In this document: one piece after another, positions 51,728 to 63,382 of the stretch | How the letters are laid out: every line of letters begins with the position of its first letter | How positions within the stretch are numbered: position 1 is the stretch's first letter | Assembly (NCBI GenBank): GCA_963676615.1 | Contig: OY781092.1 | Coordinates: 256,001 to 320,000, forward strand | Direction of reading: 5' to 3' | Length of the DNA: 64,000 nt | Source: Candidatus Cloacimonadota bacterium | GTDB lineage: Bacteria > Cloacimonadota > Cloacimonadia > G963667145 | The notes under the pieces: generated by a model | Databases searched by the model: none | What the model saw: only the letters and a program-made list of their open reading frames with translations | What the model was told of the DNA's origin: nothing | Program-made: the position numbers and the translations under genes

Positions 51728-51862
51728 ATGAAAAGAACATTTCAACCTCACAATAGAAAGAAAAAAAACAAGCACGGCTTTCGCAAAAGAATGTCCACAG
51801 CCAATGGTCGCAAAGTGTTGAGTGCCAGAAGAGCCAAAGGAAGAAAAAGACTTTCTCACTAA
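51728..51862 (+). CDS. rpmH: 50S ribosomal protein L34 (not in ORF track)
   Basis: [44 protein letters not shown]. Confidence 0.97.
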   Translation: MKRTFQPHNRKKKNKHGFRKRMSTANGRKVLSARRAKGRKRLSH

Positions 51863-52176
51863 TGCGGTTTTTTCGCCAAGGGTGTGAGTTTACGGAGCTT
51901 TATCGTGCGGGCAGCAGATACTCCTGTGAATTTTTCACTTTTTTGGCGAAATCTAGCGCAGAGTCGGCAGCGGGAATTGTTTTGTCCAAAAAAGTGGGTA
52001 AAGCAAACAAACGCAATAAGTTAAAAAGGCGACTCAAACACTATTTTCGTGATTTTTGGTTTTTGGAAAGTAAAAAAGTTGTGGTCATCGGCAGAAAAAA
52101 CAGCGGTTTTTTGTCTTGGCAAGATGTCAAAAACTGCCTAGACGAATTTCAAGAAAAAATCGGGAAATCCAAATGA
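51862..52176 (+). CDS. rnpA: Ribonuclease P protein component
   Basis: GIVLSKKVGKANKRNKLKRRLK (RNR motif); follows rpmH. Confidence 0.92.
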   Translation: MRFFRQGCEFTELYRAGSRYSCEFFTFLAKSSAESAAGIVLSKKVGKANKRNKLKRRLKHYFRDFWFLESKKVVVIGRKNSGFLSWQDVKNCLDEFQEKIGKSK

Positions 52177-52391
52177 AGATTTGCAACCGTGTGGCTCTGG
52201 GTTTATTATGGATTTACAAAAACGGAATTTCTCCGTATCTTCCTGATAGTTGCCGATTTACGCCATCGTGCAGCGAATATGCACGGCTTGCGTTTCTCAA
52301 ATACGGCTTTTTCAAGGCGCTGAGCCTTAGTGTGTGGCGAGTTTTTCGATGTAACCCCTTTAGTCGTGGCGGTTACGACCCATTAAAGTAA
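52173..52391 (+). CDS. yidD: Membrane protein insertion efficiency factor
   Basis: ISP...CRFTPSCSEY...RCNPFSRGGYDP. Confidence 0.95.
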   Translation: MKICNRVALGLLWIYKNGISPYLPDSCRFTPSCSEYARLAFLKYGFFKALSLSVWRVFRCNPFSRGGYDPLK

Positions 52392-52415
52392 AAAAGAATT
52401 TTAGGAGAGTTTGGT

Positions 52416-53984
52416 TTGAACAAAAGAACAGTCTTGGCAATTTTATTGATTTTTGCCGTATTTTTTTTGAGTAATAAATTTCTGAACCCGAAGCCAGAGG
52501 CGACAAAGGGGAATGAGGGCAACGCAAAAACCCAAGAAGTGGCAGTGGTCTCTGCGCTGGATGCGGCAAAAGCTCAGGCGACTGTGCCGACACAGATGAA
52601 AAGCCCAAAAAACGCCAAACTCAACGACAATATCGTCTTGCAAAACGAAAAAATCAAGCTGGTTTTTTCTAATCGCGGCGGACTTTTGGTGGCAGCGTAT
52701 CTGAAAGATTATTCCAAAGATTTGGACGGCAAAATTCCGCTGAACCTCTTGGCTGACAAAGCTCTTTCGATCTCTTTTGACCAAGAGTATTATCTGGATT
52801 ACATTTTTGCCTATAAATTGGGTGGCAACACCTTGACTTTTTTTGGTGATAATTTCCAAAAAGTTTTCACCATTGGCGAGGGTTATACAGCCGATTTTAC
52901 GCTGAATGTTGCGGGCAAAAAGTTCAACTACTACCAAGTGAGTATGGATCAGGGCATCGCGGAGACGGAGGAGTATAACGGCGACAAGGACAACAATTAT
53001 GGCGCGGCGGCGTATGTGGATAACAGTTTGGAGTCCGAGACTTTGAGCAGTTTTGACGACGAGACGGAGGTTTTGCAGGGCGATGCAACTTTTGTGGCTC
53101 TCTATAGCAAATATTTTGCTCTTGGCGTGCGCAAGCTGGGCTTTGAGAATGTTGCCAAAACAGAGTTTTTTGCTATTGAGAACAACCCGTCGGTGAGTTT
53201 TTTGGTGCAAGAGAATAAAGATAAATTTTCGCACAACTATCGCCTCTATTTCGGTCCGATTTTGAACAAAGACCTTGTTACAATGGGCGGCGGATTTGAA
53301 AAAATTTCGGACAAAACTTGGAGCTATCTGAACTGGTTGAGCAAGTTTTTTGTCAAAATTTTGAACTATATTTACAAAGTTGTGCCGAACTACGGCGTGG
53401 CGATTATTCTTTTTGCGATTTTAATTAAACTTTTGATGTATCCTCTTACGCACAAGATGTTTGAGTCCACGCAGAAGATGCAAAAAATTCAGCCGATGAT
53501 TGCCGAGGTGCAAAAAAAATACAAGAACGATAAGGTGCGCCTGAACACGGAGCTGCGCAAAGTTTATAAGGAGCAGGGCGTTAATCCGCTGGGTGGTTGC
53601 TTGCCGCTGGTGTTGCAGATTCCGATTTTTATCGCGCTGTATCCTGCCCTAAAATATTCGATTGCGCTTCGTCAACAGCCGTTTTTTGGTTGGATACAAG
53701 ATTTGGCGGCGCCAGATCCTTACTACATTTTGCCAGTGCTGATGGGCGTGTTTATGTTTGTTCAGCAAAAACTGACGATGGCAAGCGCAGGCGACAAGTC
53801 GAAAATGACCGATCAGCAAAAGGCGATGCAATCTTCGCAAAAGATGATGATGTATGGGATGCCGATTTTCTTGGTTTTCATTTTCCGCGACTTTCCGTCT
53901 GGCTTGGTGCTCTACTGGACGGTGTTTAACCTGCTGTCCACAGTGCAACAGTATTTTATCAAGAAAAAGTTTGATTTGAAGTAA
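52416..53984 (+). CDS. yidC: Membrane protein insertase YidC
   Basis: NYGVAII, NPLGGCLP..LQIPIF, WIQDL..PDPYYILP, PSGLVLYW. Confidence 0.97.
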   Translation: MNKRTVLAILLIFAVFFLSNKFLNPKPEATKGNEGNAKTQEVAVVSALDAAKAQATVPTQMKSPKNAKLNDNIVLQNEKIKLVFSNRGGLLVAAYLKDYSKDLDGKIPLNLLADKALSISFDQEYYLDYIFAYKLGGNTLTFFGDNFQKVFTIGEGYTADFTLNVAGKKFNYYQVSMDQGIAETEEYNGDKDNNYGAAAYVDNSLESETLSSFDDETEVLQGDATFVALYSKYFALGVRKLGFENVAKTEFFAIENNPSVSFLVQENKDKFSHNYRLYFGPILNKDLVTMGGGFEKISDKTWSYLNWLSKFFVKILNYIYKVVPNYGVAIILFAILIKLLMYPLTHKMFESTQKMQKIQPMIAEVQKKYKNDKVRLNTELRKVYKEQGVNPLGGCLPLVLQIPIFIALYPALKYSIALRQQPFFGWIQDLAAPDPYYILPVLMGVFMFVQQKLTMASAGDKSKMTDQQKAMQSSQKMMMYGMPIFLVFIFRDFPSGLVLYWTVFNLLSTVQQYFIKKKFDLK

Positions 53985-53999
53985 ATTTTAGCTAAAACG

Positions 54000-54032
54000 A
54001 AAAGCTCACCTCAAAATGGGGTGAGCTTTTTT
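54000..54032 (+). terminator. Intrinsic terminator after yidC
   Basis: AAAAGCTCACC-TCAAAATG-GGTGAGCTTTTTT. Confidence 0.85.
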
Positions 54033-54087
54033 GGTTGACTGGCAAAAATGGATTGTAAGTATTGGCGAAATGAGCAGAGATTGGGGA

Positions 54088-54117
54088 GTTTAATTAGAAC
54101 TATTAAAGTATTTGAGG
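54088..54117 (+). repeat. Solitary CRISPR-repeat-like 30-mer overlapping the cas6 RBS (tentative)
   Basis: GTTTAATTAGAACTATTAAAGTATTTGAGG resembles the GTTT...AAC...GTATTT(AAAT) style of type I-B repeats; single copy. Confidence 0.3.
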
Positions 54118-54124
54118 AGTTAAA

Positions 54125-54934
54125 ATGAGGGTAAAAGTTGTGCTTCGAGCAAGGCAAAGAGCTTTTTTGCCGTTTGATAATAAAAGGGAGTTGCAAGCTC
54201 TTATTTATAAGCTGATTGCGGCGGCTTCTGAAGAGTATGCGGAGTTTTTGCACGCTCAAGGGCTTCGGCTGGTTTCTGGTAAAAAGTTCAAGCTGTTTGT
54301 ATTTTCTGATTTCAAGATTTTCCCTTTTGTTATGGATAAAAATAGAGGTGGTTTTAAAAATATTGAAAAATTGGAGCTGGTTTTTTCTACGGCTTTACCT
54401 AAAAGTTTTGAGAGTTTTATTTTGGGGATTTTTAAAGAGCAAGAGATTTCTTTAGGATTTGCGGGTTTGGGTAAATATTTTTTCACTATAGAGTCTGTAG
54501 AGACTTTGCCTGAGATAGATTTGGGCGATGGTTTCAGTTTTAGGTGTTTGTCTCCGATAGTTACCTCTACGATGGAAGAGCGAAATGGCAAGTTGACCAC
54601 TCATTATGTAGAGTACGATACAAAAGAAGAGAAGACGAAGTTTGCCGAGAATGTTCACAAAAATTTGCTTAATAAGTTTCAGGCGTTTTATGGGCGAGAG
54701 TTTGAAAAGCAGGGGTATGAGTTCGATTTTGGGTTTGATGAAAAATATGTTTGCCAAAAAAATGGAAAGATTTATAAGTTGGTCAAGTATAAAGATATTC
54801 GGATTAAGGGCGTGCTCGCTCCGGGCTGGATAAAGGCGCCGAAAGAGCTATTGGAGCTTGGGTATTACGGCGGAATTGGTGAAGGGAATCCGATGGGGTT
54901 TGGGTGTGTGGAGATAGTGAAAGAGAGGAGTTGA
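54125..54934 (+). CDS. cas6: CRISPR-associated endoribonuclease Cas6
   Basis: FLH..G...KKFKLFVFS, CLSPIV, C-terminal G-loop YGGIGEGNPMGFG. Confidence 0.93.
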   Translation: MRVKVVLRARQRAFLPFDNKRELQALIYKLIAAASEEYAEFLHAQGLRLVSGKKFKLFVFSDFKIFPFVMDKNRGGFKNIEKLELVFSTALPKSFESFILGIFKEQEISLGFAGLGKYFFTIESVETLPEIDLGDGFSFRCLSPIVTSTMEERNGKLTTHYVEYDTKEEKTKFAENVHKNLLNKFQAFYGREFEKQGYEFDFGFDEKYVCQKNGKIYKLVKYKDIRIKGVLAPGWIKAPKELLELGYYGGIGEGNPMGFGCVEIVKERS

Positions 54935-54964
54935 TTATTTTTATAAATATAAAATGGAGAGCTT

Positions 54965-56692
54965 ATGGTTTATGATATTTTGAAAGTTTTTAAAAAAGAG
55001 TATAGTGAAAAAGGTGATAAATTAATACTGGGAAATTACTCTTTAAAAGAAGGGTTGTATGTAAAAATTGGTAAAAATAAGACCGTTGAGTATTTTGTTG
55101 TGACAAGAAAAAAAAAGGAGCTTATTTTTACAGAACTAAATGGTAATTTGAATTATCGGGCTTATGAGTGGTTTAAGGAGCGTGATTATTATAGTTGTTA
55201 TTTAAATTCTAATAAATCTTTTTATGACAAAAAAATTCATAATATTAATTATTTGTCTTTTTTTGCAAAGATTGAGAGTTTTGTACCGAAGAAGGTCTTG
55301 AAAAATGAAGTTATTGCTAAAAATTATTTTTATTTGTGTAATTATAATAAATTTTCTAAGCCGAAAGAAAAAAAGATTCTTGAAGAATATAGGGAATATT
55401 TATCAAGCCGAAGTCGTAGAAAAGATGTTATAGTTAAATTTAAAATTTTAAGGGACAGTTTAAGTTCTATTGTTTCCGTAGCGATTCAAAATGGTGTGAA
55501 AAATTATATCAAAATTTTTTTCGATGAAGATGTTGAAAAATACAAAAAAGAAAGTAATATTTATTACGCATTAAAAATTTTTAATGACATTAATTTTTCT
55601 GAAACAATTGGCGATAAAACTTTTGGTTTGTCAAATTCAAATATGGGATTAAACTCGAAAAAACCTTTTTTAGAACATAAAACAAAATTTAATCCAGCTC
55701 CTTTTTTGCTTGAAAAGGGCGATGCTTTAGATTTGAAAATCTTTTTCGATTGGTTAAAAATGCAACCTTACAAAGATGAATACGGGAATCCGATAGATAG
55801 GTATTTAGATAAAAGTTTTTTTATTCAAAAACATTCATCAAATGATGAAGCGGAAATTACAGATTTTGATTATATCTCTGCAAGAAAAAATGAATTGGAA
55901 AAGCCGATTTTGATAAAAAATTATTTATGGTTGAAAGAAGGAAAAGCTACAGTTGAAGATTTTGAAATTGAAAAATTAGATCAGTTGGAAATTGTTGTTG
56001 ATGATTTTTTTTATAACAAGCAGTTAGTGCGTAATTATTATGGAGAAGTGTGGAAAAAACTAGACAATTCGTTAACTAACTTTATCTATATGACACGTGA
56101 GTCAATGATAGCTTATTTTAGAAAGTATAGTGATAAAGATTTTTATGATGTTATGAAAAAATATGGGACAAAGTTTATAATTGAACATATAAAAAAAGAT
56201 TGGATGTTTAAAGCGGGGAAGGCTCTAAATTTGAGGCTTTCTTTATTAGCGAATAAAGGAGAAATTATTATGGATATAAAATTAATGCAGAACAAAATTA
56301 TTCAAAGGCTTAAAGAGTCAAATTATGACTCTTTAACTAAAGATGAATTCTTTTATCTTTGTGGGCAGATTGCTAGATATTTGATTAGTCAAAGTGAGGC
56401 TTATGAAAAAAAAGGGAATATGTTTGACCCATTTTTGAAGGCAAAAGATGTGGAAAAATTGAAAGAGGTTATTAAGATTGTGTATCAAAAATATAACCAT
56501 AAGATTTCTTTGGAGTTGATGAAAACTGACAAAGATGGGAAGGTTCATAGAATTTATTTGAAAAAATTTGGTAATGCACTAAGTTTGGTAATGGCTTATA
56601 GTGAAGATTGTAAAGTTAAAGATAATTATGATTGTTTTCTTATAGGGGCTTTAAGTGATAATATTTTTTATATGAAGGCGGATTCTAATTAA
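54965..56692 (+). CDS. cas8b: Type I-B large subunit Cas8b (Csh1-like)
   Basis: Y.LKEGLYV, RDYYS..LNSNK...KKIHNINYLSFF, NMGLNSKKPFLEHK, EFFYLCGQ..YL; position after cas6. Confidence 0.82.
   Translation: MVYDILKVFKKEYSEKGDKLILGNYSLKEGLYVKIGKNKTVEYFVVTRKKKELIFTELNGNLNYRAYEWFKERDYYSCYLNSNKSFYDKKIHNINYLSFFAKIESFVPKKVLKNEVIAKNYFYLCNYNKFSKPKEKKILEEYREYLSSRSRRKDVIVKFKILRDSLSSIVSVAIQNGVKNYIKIFFDEDVEKYKKESNIYYALKIFNDINFSETIGDKTFGLSNSNMGLNSKKPFLEHKTKFNPAPFLLEKGDALDLKIFFDWLKMQPYKDEYGNPIDRYLDKSFFIQKHSSNDEAEITDFDYISARKNELEKPILIKNYLWLKEGKATVEDFEIEKLDQLEIVVDDFFYNKQLVRNYYGEVWKKLDNSLTNFIYMTRESMIAYFRKYSDKDFYDVMKKYGTKFIIEHIKKDWMFKAGKALNLRLSLLANKGEIIMDIKLMQNKIIQRLKESNYDSLTKDEFFYLCGQIARYLISQSEAYEKKGNMFDPFLKAKDVEKLKEVIKIVYQKYNHKISLELMKTDKDGKVHRIYLKKFGNALSLVMAYSEDCKVKDNYDCFLIGALSDNIFYMKADSN
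56270..56692 (+). CDS. cas11: Cas11 small subunit from an internal start in cas8b (140 aa)
   Basis: AAGGAG at 56256-56261 and in-frame ATG at 56270 (codon 436) before the helical C-terminal domain. Confidence 0.7.
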   Translation: MDIKLMQNKIIQRLKESNYDSLTKDEFFYLCGQIARYLISQSEAYEKKGNMFDPFLKAKDVEKLKEVIKIVYQKYNHKISLELMKTDKDGKVHRIYLKKFGNALSLVMAYSEDCKVKDNYDCFLIGALSDNIFYMKADSN

Positions 56693-58168
56693 TGAGTTGC
56701 TATTGGAGTATACAGTTACATCCTAGAGAATTAGGATGGGCACGAGAGAAAGAATTATTAAATAAATACAATTTGATTGGTGTTGGAGATGGAATAGATA
56801 GTAAGCAACTTAACTTATTGAAAAAAATGAAAATAGGTGATATTGTTTTAGTCAGAAGAGGGAAAACTCCTATTGCTTTAGTTAAAGTAATTGGTGAAAT
56901 TGAAGATAGAGATGAAGACATTTTTGAAAATGTAGATTGGTTTCGCTATAGTAGAAAGATCAAAATATTGTCATATGCGGAAAATAGAGATGTTTTCCCT
57001 TATAATAGAGGGACTTTGCAAAAATTTGTAAATAAAGAAGTGAAGAGTTATAAGTATATTGAAGCTTGGTGTCGGGAAATAAATTCGACTTTTTTGAAAA
57101 AACAGATTGGCTTAAAATTAGGTAAAGTTTATATTGAGAATTTTAAGGTTTTAGAAGAGTTTAACATTGATTTTAAATCATCAAGCATTATTGTAATTGC
57201 AGGTGTAAATGGTAGCGGCAAAACAACTTTAATGAATTTTTTGATGGAGTTTATTAAAGATGAAGTTAATGATAGCAAAAGCTTTGTTGAATTTACTCGA
57301 TATGACGAAGAAAAAAAAGTTTCGGTAGTAGATAAGTTAGATTTTGATAGTTTCTTAGAAGTAAAAATGGAGTCTGGTAAACAATATAAAAAAAAATCTC
57401 AGATAGCAGAATATTATAAAAACCATATCAGATATTTCCCTTCTTCAACTGACTTGAAGGATATAAAATTTTTGCTTCCAAACTATATTCAAAAACTTAT
57501 TTATAACGACAATTTGAAAGCGACAGAAGTTTACAAAATAATAAGAGAAAAATCTACGAAAATTTTTAGTGATTTAAAGTTATTTATTGAATTTAGTAGA
57601 AGAGATGAAGATGGAAATCTTTTTTTTAAAAACTCAGAAGGAGACGAGTTTTTGATTGATGAAATTTCAACAGGAGAAAAAACACTGCTTTCCAAAGTTC
57701 TGTATCTTTATTTAAAAGACATTAAAGATAGTGTAGTCCTAATTGATGAGCCTGAACTTTCGCTTCATCCAGCGTGGCAGAATAAAATTCTAAAACTTTA
57801 TGAAACATTCGCAGAAACTAATAATTGTCAGGTAATTATAGCAACACATTCACCACATATAATTGGAAGTGCAAAGAATGAAAATATTCGTTTGCTAACA
57901 GGTGGAAATGGGAAAATAGAGGCATTAAAATATGATTCTCCAACATATGGTCTTGAGTTTTCGAAAATTCTTACAAATGTAATGGGGGTAGAACATTTAA
58001 GAACACCTAAAGTAAGTGAGAGATTAGAAAAATTGAAGCAGAATATTGCTGATAATAAATTTGATACAGAAGAGTTTGATAAAGACTGGAATGATTTGGA
58101 AAATATTTTAGGGTGCGACTATTTTGATTTGAAACTTCTTAAATTAGAAATTGCTGCAAGGAAAAAGA

Positions 58169-58191
<23 letters not shown>
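56692..58191 (+). CDS. PtuA-like ABC/AAA_21 ATPase with N-terminal EVE/PUA-like domain
   Basis: Walker A GVNGSGKTT, signature ISTGEK, Walker B LIDEPELSLHPAWQ, ATHSPHI, C-terminal IL..VMG; N-terminal MKIGDIVLVRRG..PIALVKV. Confidence 0.8.
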
Positions 58192-60529
<2,338 letters not shown>

Positions 60530-60538
60530 AAGCTTTTT

Positions 60539-62737
60539 ATGTTTGTTGATTTTGAACGTTTAAACATATCGCCAAATATTTTTGCACACAGGAAGGGTGA
60601 TAAAAAAAAAGAAACTTTGCAAGAGCATTCTATTTTAACTAAAAAATATCTTCAAAAATTGATTGCTGAAAAGCGATTAGAAGAGGTCATTTGTTGTTTG
60701 TTAGATTGCATTCCAACCTCAAAAAAATCGTTAGTAAAAAGAATGTTCTACAATGCTGTGTTTCTTCATGATTTGGGGAAAAATAACCCATCTTTTCAAC
60801 GAAATAAAATGGATAATTTAGATTTTGAAGAAACAACAGCATCCTCCAATCATTCTTATCTCTCTGCAAATGAGTTTATTAAAATTTTTAAAAATGAAGT
60901 AGATCAAATTGAAGACGATGTCGAATTTTATCGTTTACTTTTTGTTCTTTATAATTTTGCCTATCAAATTTCTAAGCATCACGGAAGATTAGGTTCGTTT
61001 GAGGATTTTGTGCAAAAAACAAAAAACGAAGATTTAAAAGAATTTGAGCAAAATTTAAAATATTTTGAAGTCCCTGGGTTTGAATTTTACATTCTAAACA
61101 AATTGCTCTTCTCACTGTTAGTAAGTTCTGATTATTATGCGACAACTGAATATATGACTGATATTAAATCAGAAGATTTTGGTTTGTTTAATACGGATTT
61201 GAAAGCAAAGTTAAGTAGTAAGATTGAAATGTTTAAAAATGCTTTTCCTGAACCAGAAGGAATAAATACTCTTCGTTCAAAGATGTTAAAAGAAACCGAA
61301 GAAGTTTTGAACAAAAATTATGATAAGAATATTTATTATTTAGAAGCTCCAACTGGAAGTGGGAAAACAATAACTTCAATAAATCTTGCCTTAAATTTAT
61401 TGATAAATGACGAAAAGTTAAATAAGCTTTTCTATATTTTCCCTTTTAACACGCTTGTAGAGCAAACGAAAAATGTATTTCAAGATATTTTTAAAAAAGA
61501 AATTGATATTGAAGTTATAAATTCAATTACACCAATCAATGTTAAAGATGAAAAACAGGAAGATGATGAAACAAAATATCAAAAGTCGTATCTGAACAGA
61601 CTGTTTTTTCATAATCCAATAATTATGACTACCCATATTGCTTTGTTCAAAATTCTTTTCGGAACTTCAAAAGAAGATAACTATCCCTTGTGGCAACTCG
61701 CAAACTCGGTAATAATCATTGATGAAGTTCAATCGTATGATAATAATCTTTGGTGGTTTATGGTTGAGTTTTTTCAAAAGTATGCCAAATGTTTGAATAT
61801 GAAAATTATTATAATGTCTGCTACACTGCCAAAGCTTGATGTTCTTTTGGATAAGCCAATTGGGTTCGTAGATTTAATTGAGGATAGAACTGTTTATTTT
61901 GAGGATAGTTATTTTAAAGATAGAGTTGAGATCGATTTTTCTCTTTTGGAGAATGAAACATTTCAGGACGAACCTAAAAGTCTGCGAGAGAAAAGGATAG
62001 AAAAACTTTTAGATAAGTTTGCAAGCGAAAAAGATAATTTTCAGAAGTTTCTTTTTGAGTTTATAAGAAAAGAAACTGCTCGAGAAATTTTTGACCTCTT
62101 AAAAGAAAAATATGGAGATGAGTTTAAAATTTTCGAACTTACTGGGGATGACAATAAAGCTTATCGAGATTTTGTTATTTTAGAAACGAAGCAAGATCAG
62201 AATATAATTGTGGTGGCAACTCAAGTTATCGAAGCTGGAGTTGACATCGATATGGATTGTGGTTTTAAAGATATTTCAACTATTGATAGTGAAGAGCAAT
62301 TTCTTGGAAGAATCAATCGTAGCTGCACTAAAAAGAGGTCAAAAGCATTTTTCTTTTATCTTGATAATGAACAGGTTATTTATAAAAAAGATAATCGTTT
62401 GGAGTTTAATCTAAGAAAAAAAGAGTATCAAAAATGGCTGAAAAGTAAAAATTTTCAAGATTTTTACTCAAATGTTCTTGAACGAATAGGCGCAAATGGT
62501 CGAAGGATTAGTTTGGGGTTAACAAGCGAAATAGAAGCTTTTAAGAAAGATGTTTCAGTGTTAGATTATAAAACAGTTTTCAATAAAATGACTTTGATTA
62601 AATCTCAGAGTTTTACGATATTTTTTCCTTTTAAAATTGATCTTCAACAATACAATATTGAAGATTTCCAGAAGTTAGATAAAATGTTATTGGATGGAGA
62701 AAAATTAGATGGAGATATAAACTACCAGGGGCTTTGA
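60539..62737 (+). CDS. cas3: Cas3 HD nuclease-helicase, probably truncated at the C-terminus
   Basis: AH..ETLQEH, HDLGK, HHG, SSDY; APTGSGKT, DEVQ, SAT, QVIEAGVDID, QFLGRINR; last codons come from the adjacent element end. Confidence 0.9.
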   Translation: MFVDFERLNISPNIFAHRKGDKKKETLQEHSILTKKYLQKLIAEKRLEEVICCLLDCIPTSKKSLVKRMFYNAVFLHDLGKNNPSFQRNKMDNLDFEETTASSNHSYLSANEFIKIFKNEVDQIEDDVEFYRLLFVLYNFAYQISKHHGRLGSFEDFVQKTKNEDLKEFEQNLKYFEVPGFEFYILNKLLFSLLVSSDYYATTEYMTDIKSEDFGLFNTDLKAKLSSKIEMFKNAFPEPEGINTLRSKMLKETEEVLNKNYDKNIYYLEAPTGSGKTITSINLALNLLINDEKLNKLFYIFPFNTLVEQTKNVFQDIFKKEIDIEVINSITPINVKDEKQEDDETKYQKSYLNRLFFHNPIIMTTHIALFKILFGTSKEDNYPLWQLANSVIIIDEVQSYDNNLWWFMVEFFQKYAKCLNMKIIIMSATLPKLDVLLDKPIGFVDLIEDRTVYFEDSYFKDRVEIDFSLLENETFQDEPKSLREKRIEKLLDKFASEKDNFQKFLFEFIRKETAREIFDLLKEKYGDEFKIFELTGDDNKAYRDFVILETKQDQNIIVVATQVIEAGVDIDMDCGFKDISTIDSEEQFLGRINRSCTKKRSKAFFFYLDNEQVIYKKDNRLEFNLRKKEYQKWLKSKNFQDFYSNVLERIGANGRRISLGLTSEIEAFKKDVSVLDYKTVFNKMTLIKSQSFTIFFPFKIDLQQYNIEDFQKLDKMLLDGEKLDGDINYQGL

Positions 62738-63034
62738 CATTTGGTAGGAGGGTTATTGTGTGAAGCTAACTGTTTGATAAATAAAGAAGATAGATGGAGA
62801 AAGACAAGCTTTTACGGTTTGTCATTTTTTTTATAAATTAGGGGAATTATTGTCAGGGGTTTGTCATTTTTGGATAGAGAGAGAAAAAACGACAAAGTAG
62901 TGAAAATTTAGCAGTAAACGACAAAGTGCTGGAATTTTAAGATTTTTGTTTTTTTTGACACGAGCGGACACGGTGGCTTGACCTGTTTTACCTCTAGTTT
63001 AGTCTTTTTGCGAGACTAGGCTGGAGGTTTTTTT

Positions 63035-63382
63035 GTGGGAGAAAATGGAAGAGAGAGAGTAGAGCGGTGCGTTGCGGAGCTGGTGGAGACGATTTGCGAT
63101 GAGGTGAGAGTGCCGAAGTCGTTGCCTGCGGCGGTGATTACGCTGGTGAAGCAAAAAAATGAGCAGAAGACGGCGCGGCGATATAAGGTGAGCAGGTTTA
63201 CTTATGCGGTGAGGTTTGTTTTGGCGAAGAGTGCGAGCGAGCGGGATTTGTGCGATATTGTGGAGAGGGCAAGAGAGCGGTTTGTGGCTGAATTTGGCGA
63301 GGATATTGAAGAGATTGAATTTTATTGGAGCTTGGCGGATACGAGGGATGTGCGCGTGGCGAAGTTTGAGGTGAGTGTATGA
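63035..63382 (+). CDS. Hypothetical phage protein
   Basis: GGAGG RBS, GTG start, ATGA overlap with the portal gene. Confidence 0.6.
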   Translation: MGENGRERVERCVAELVETICDEVRVPKSLPAAVITLVKQKNEQKTARRYKVSRFTYAVRFVLAKSASERDLCDIVERARERFVAEFGEDIEEIEFYWSLADTRDVRVAKFEVSV

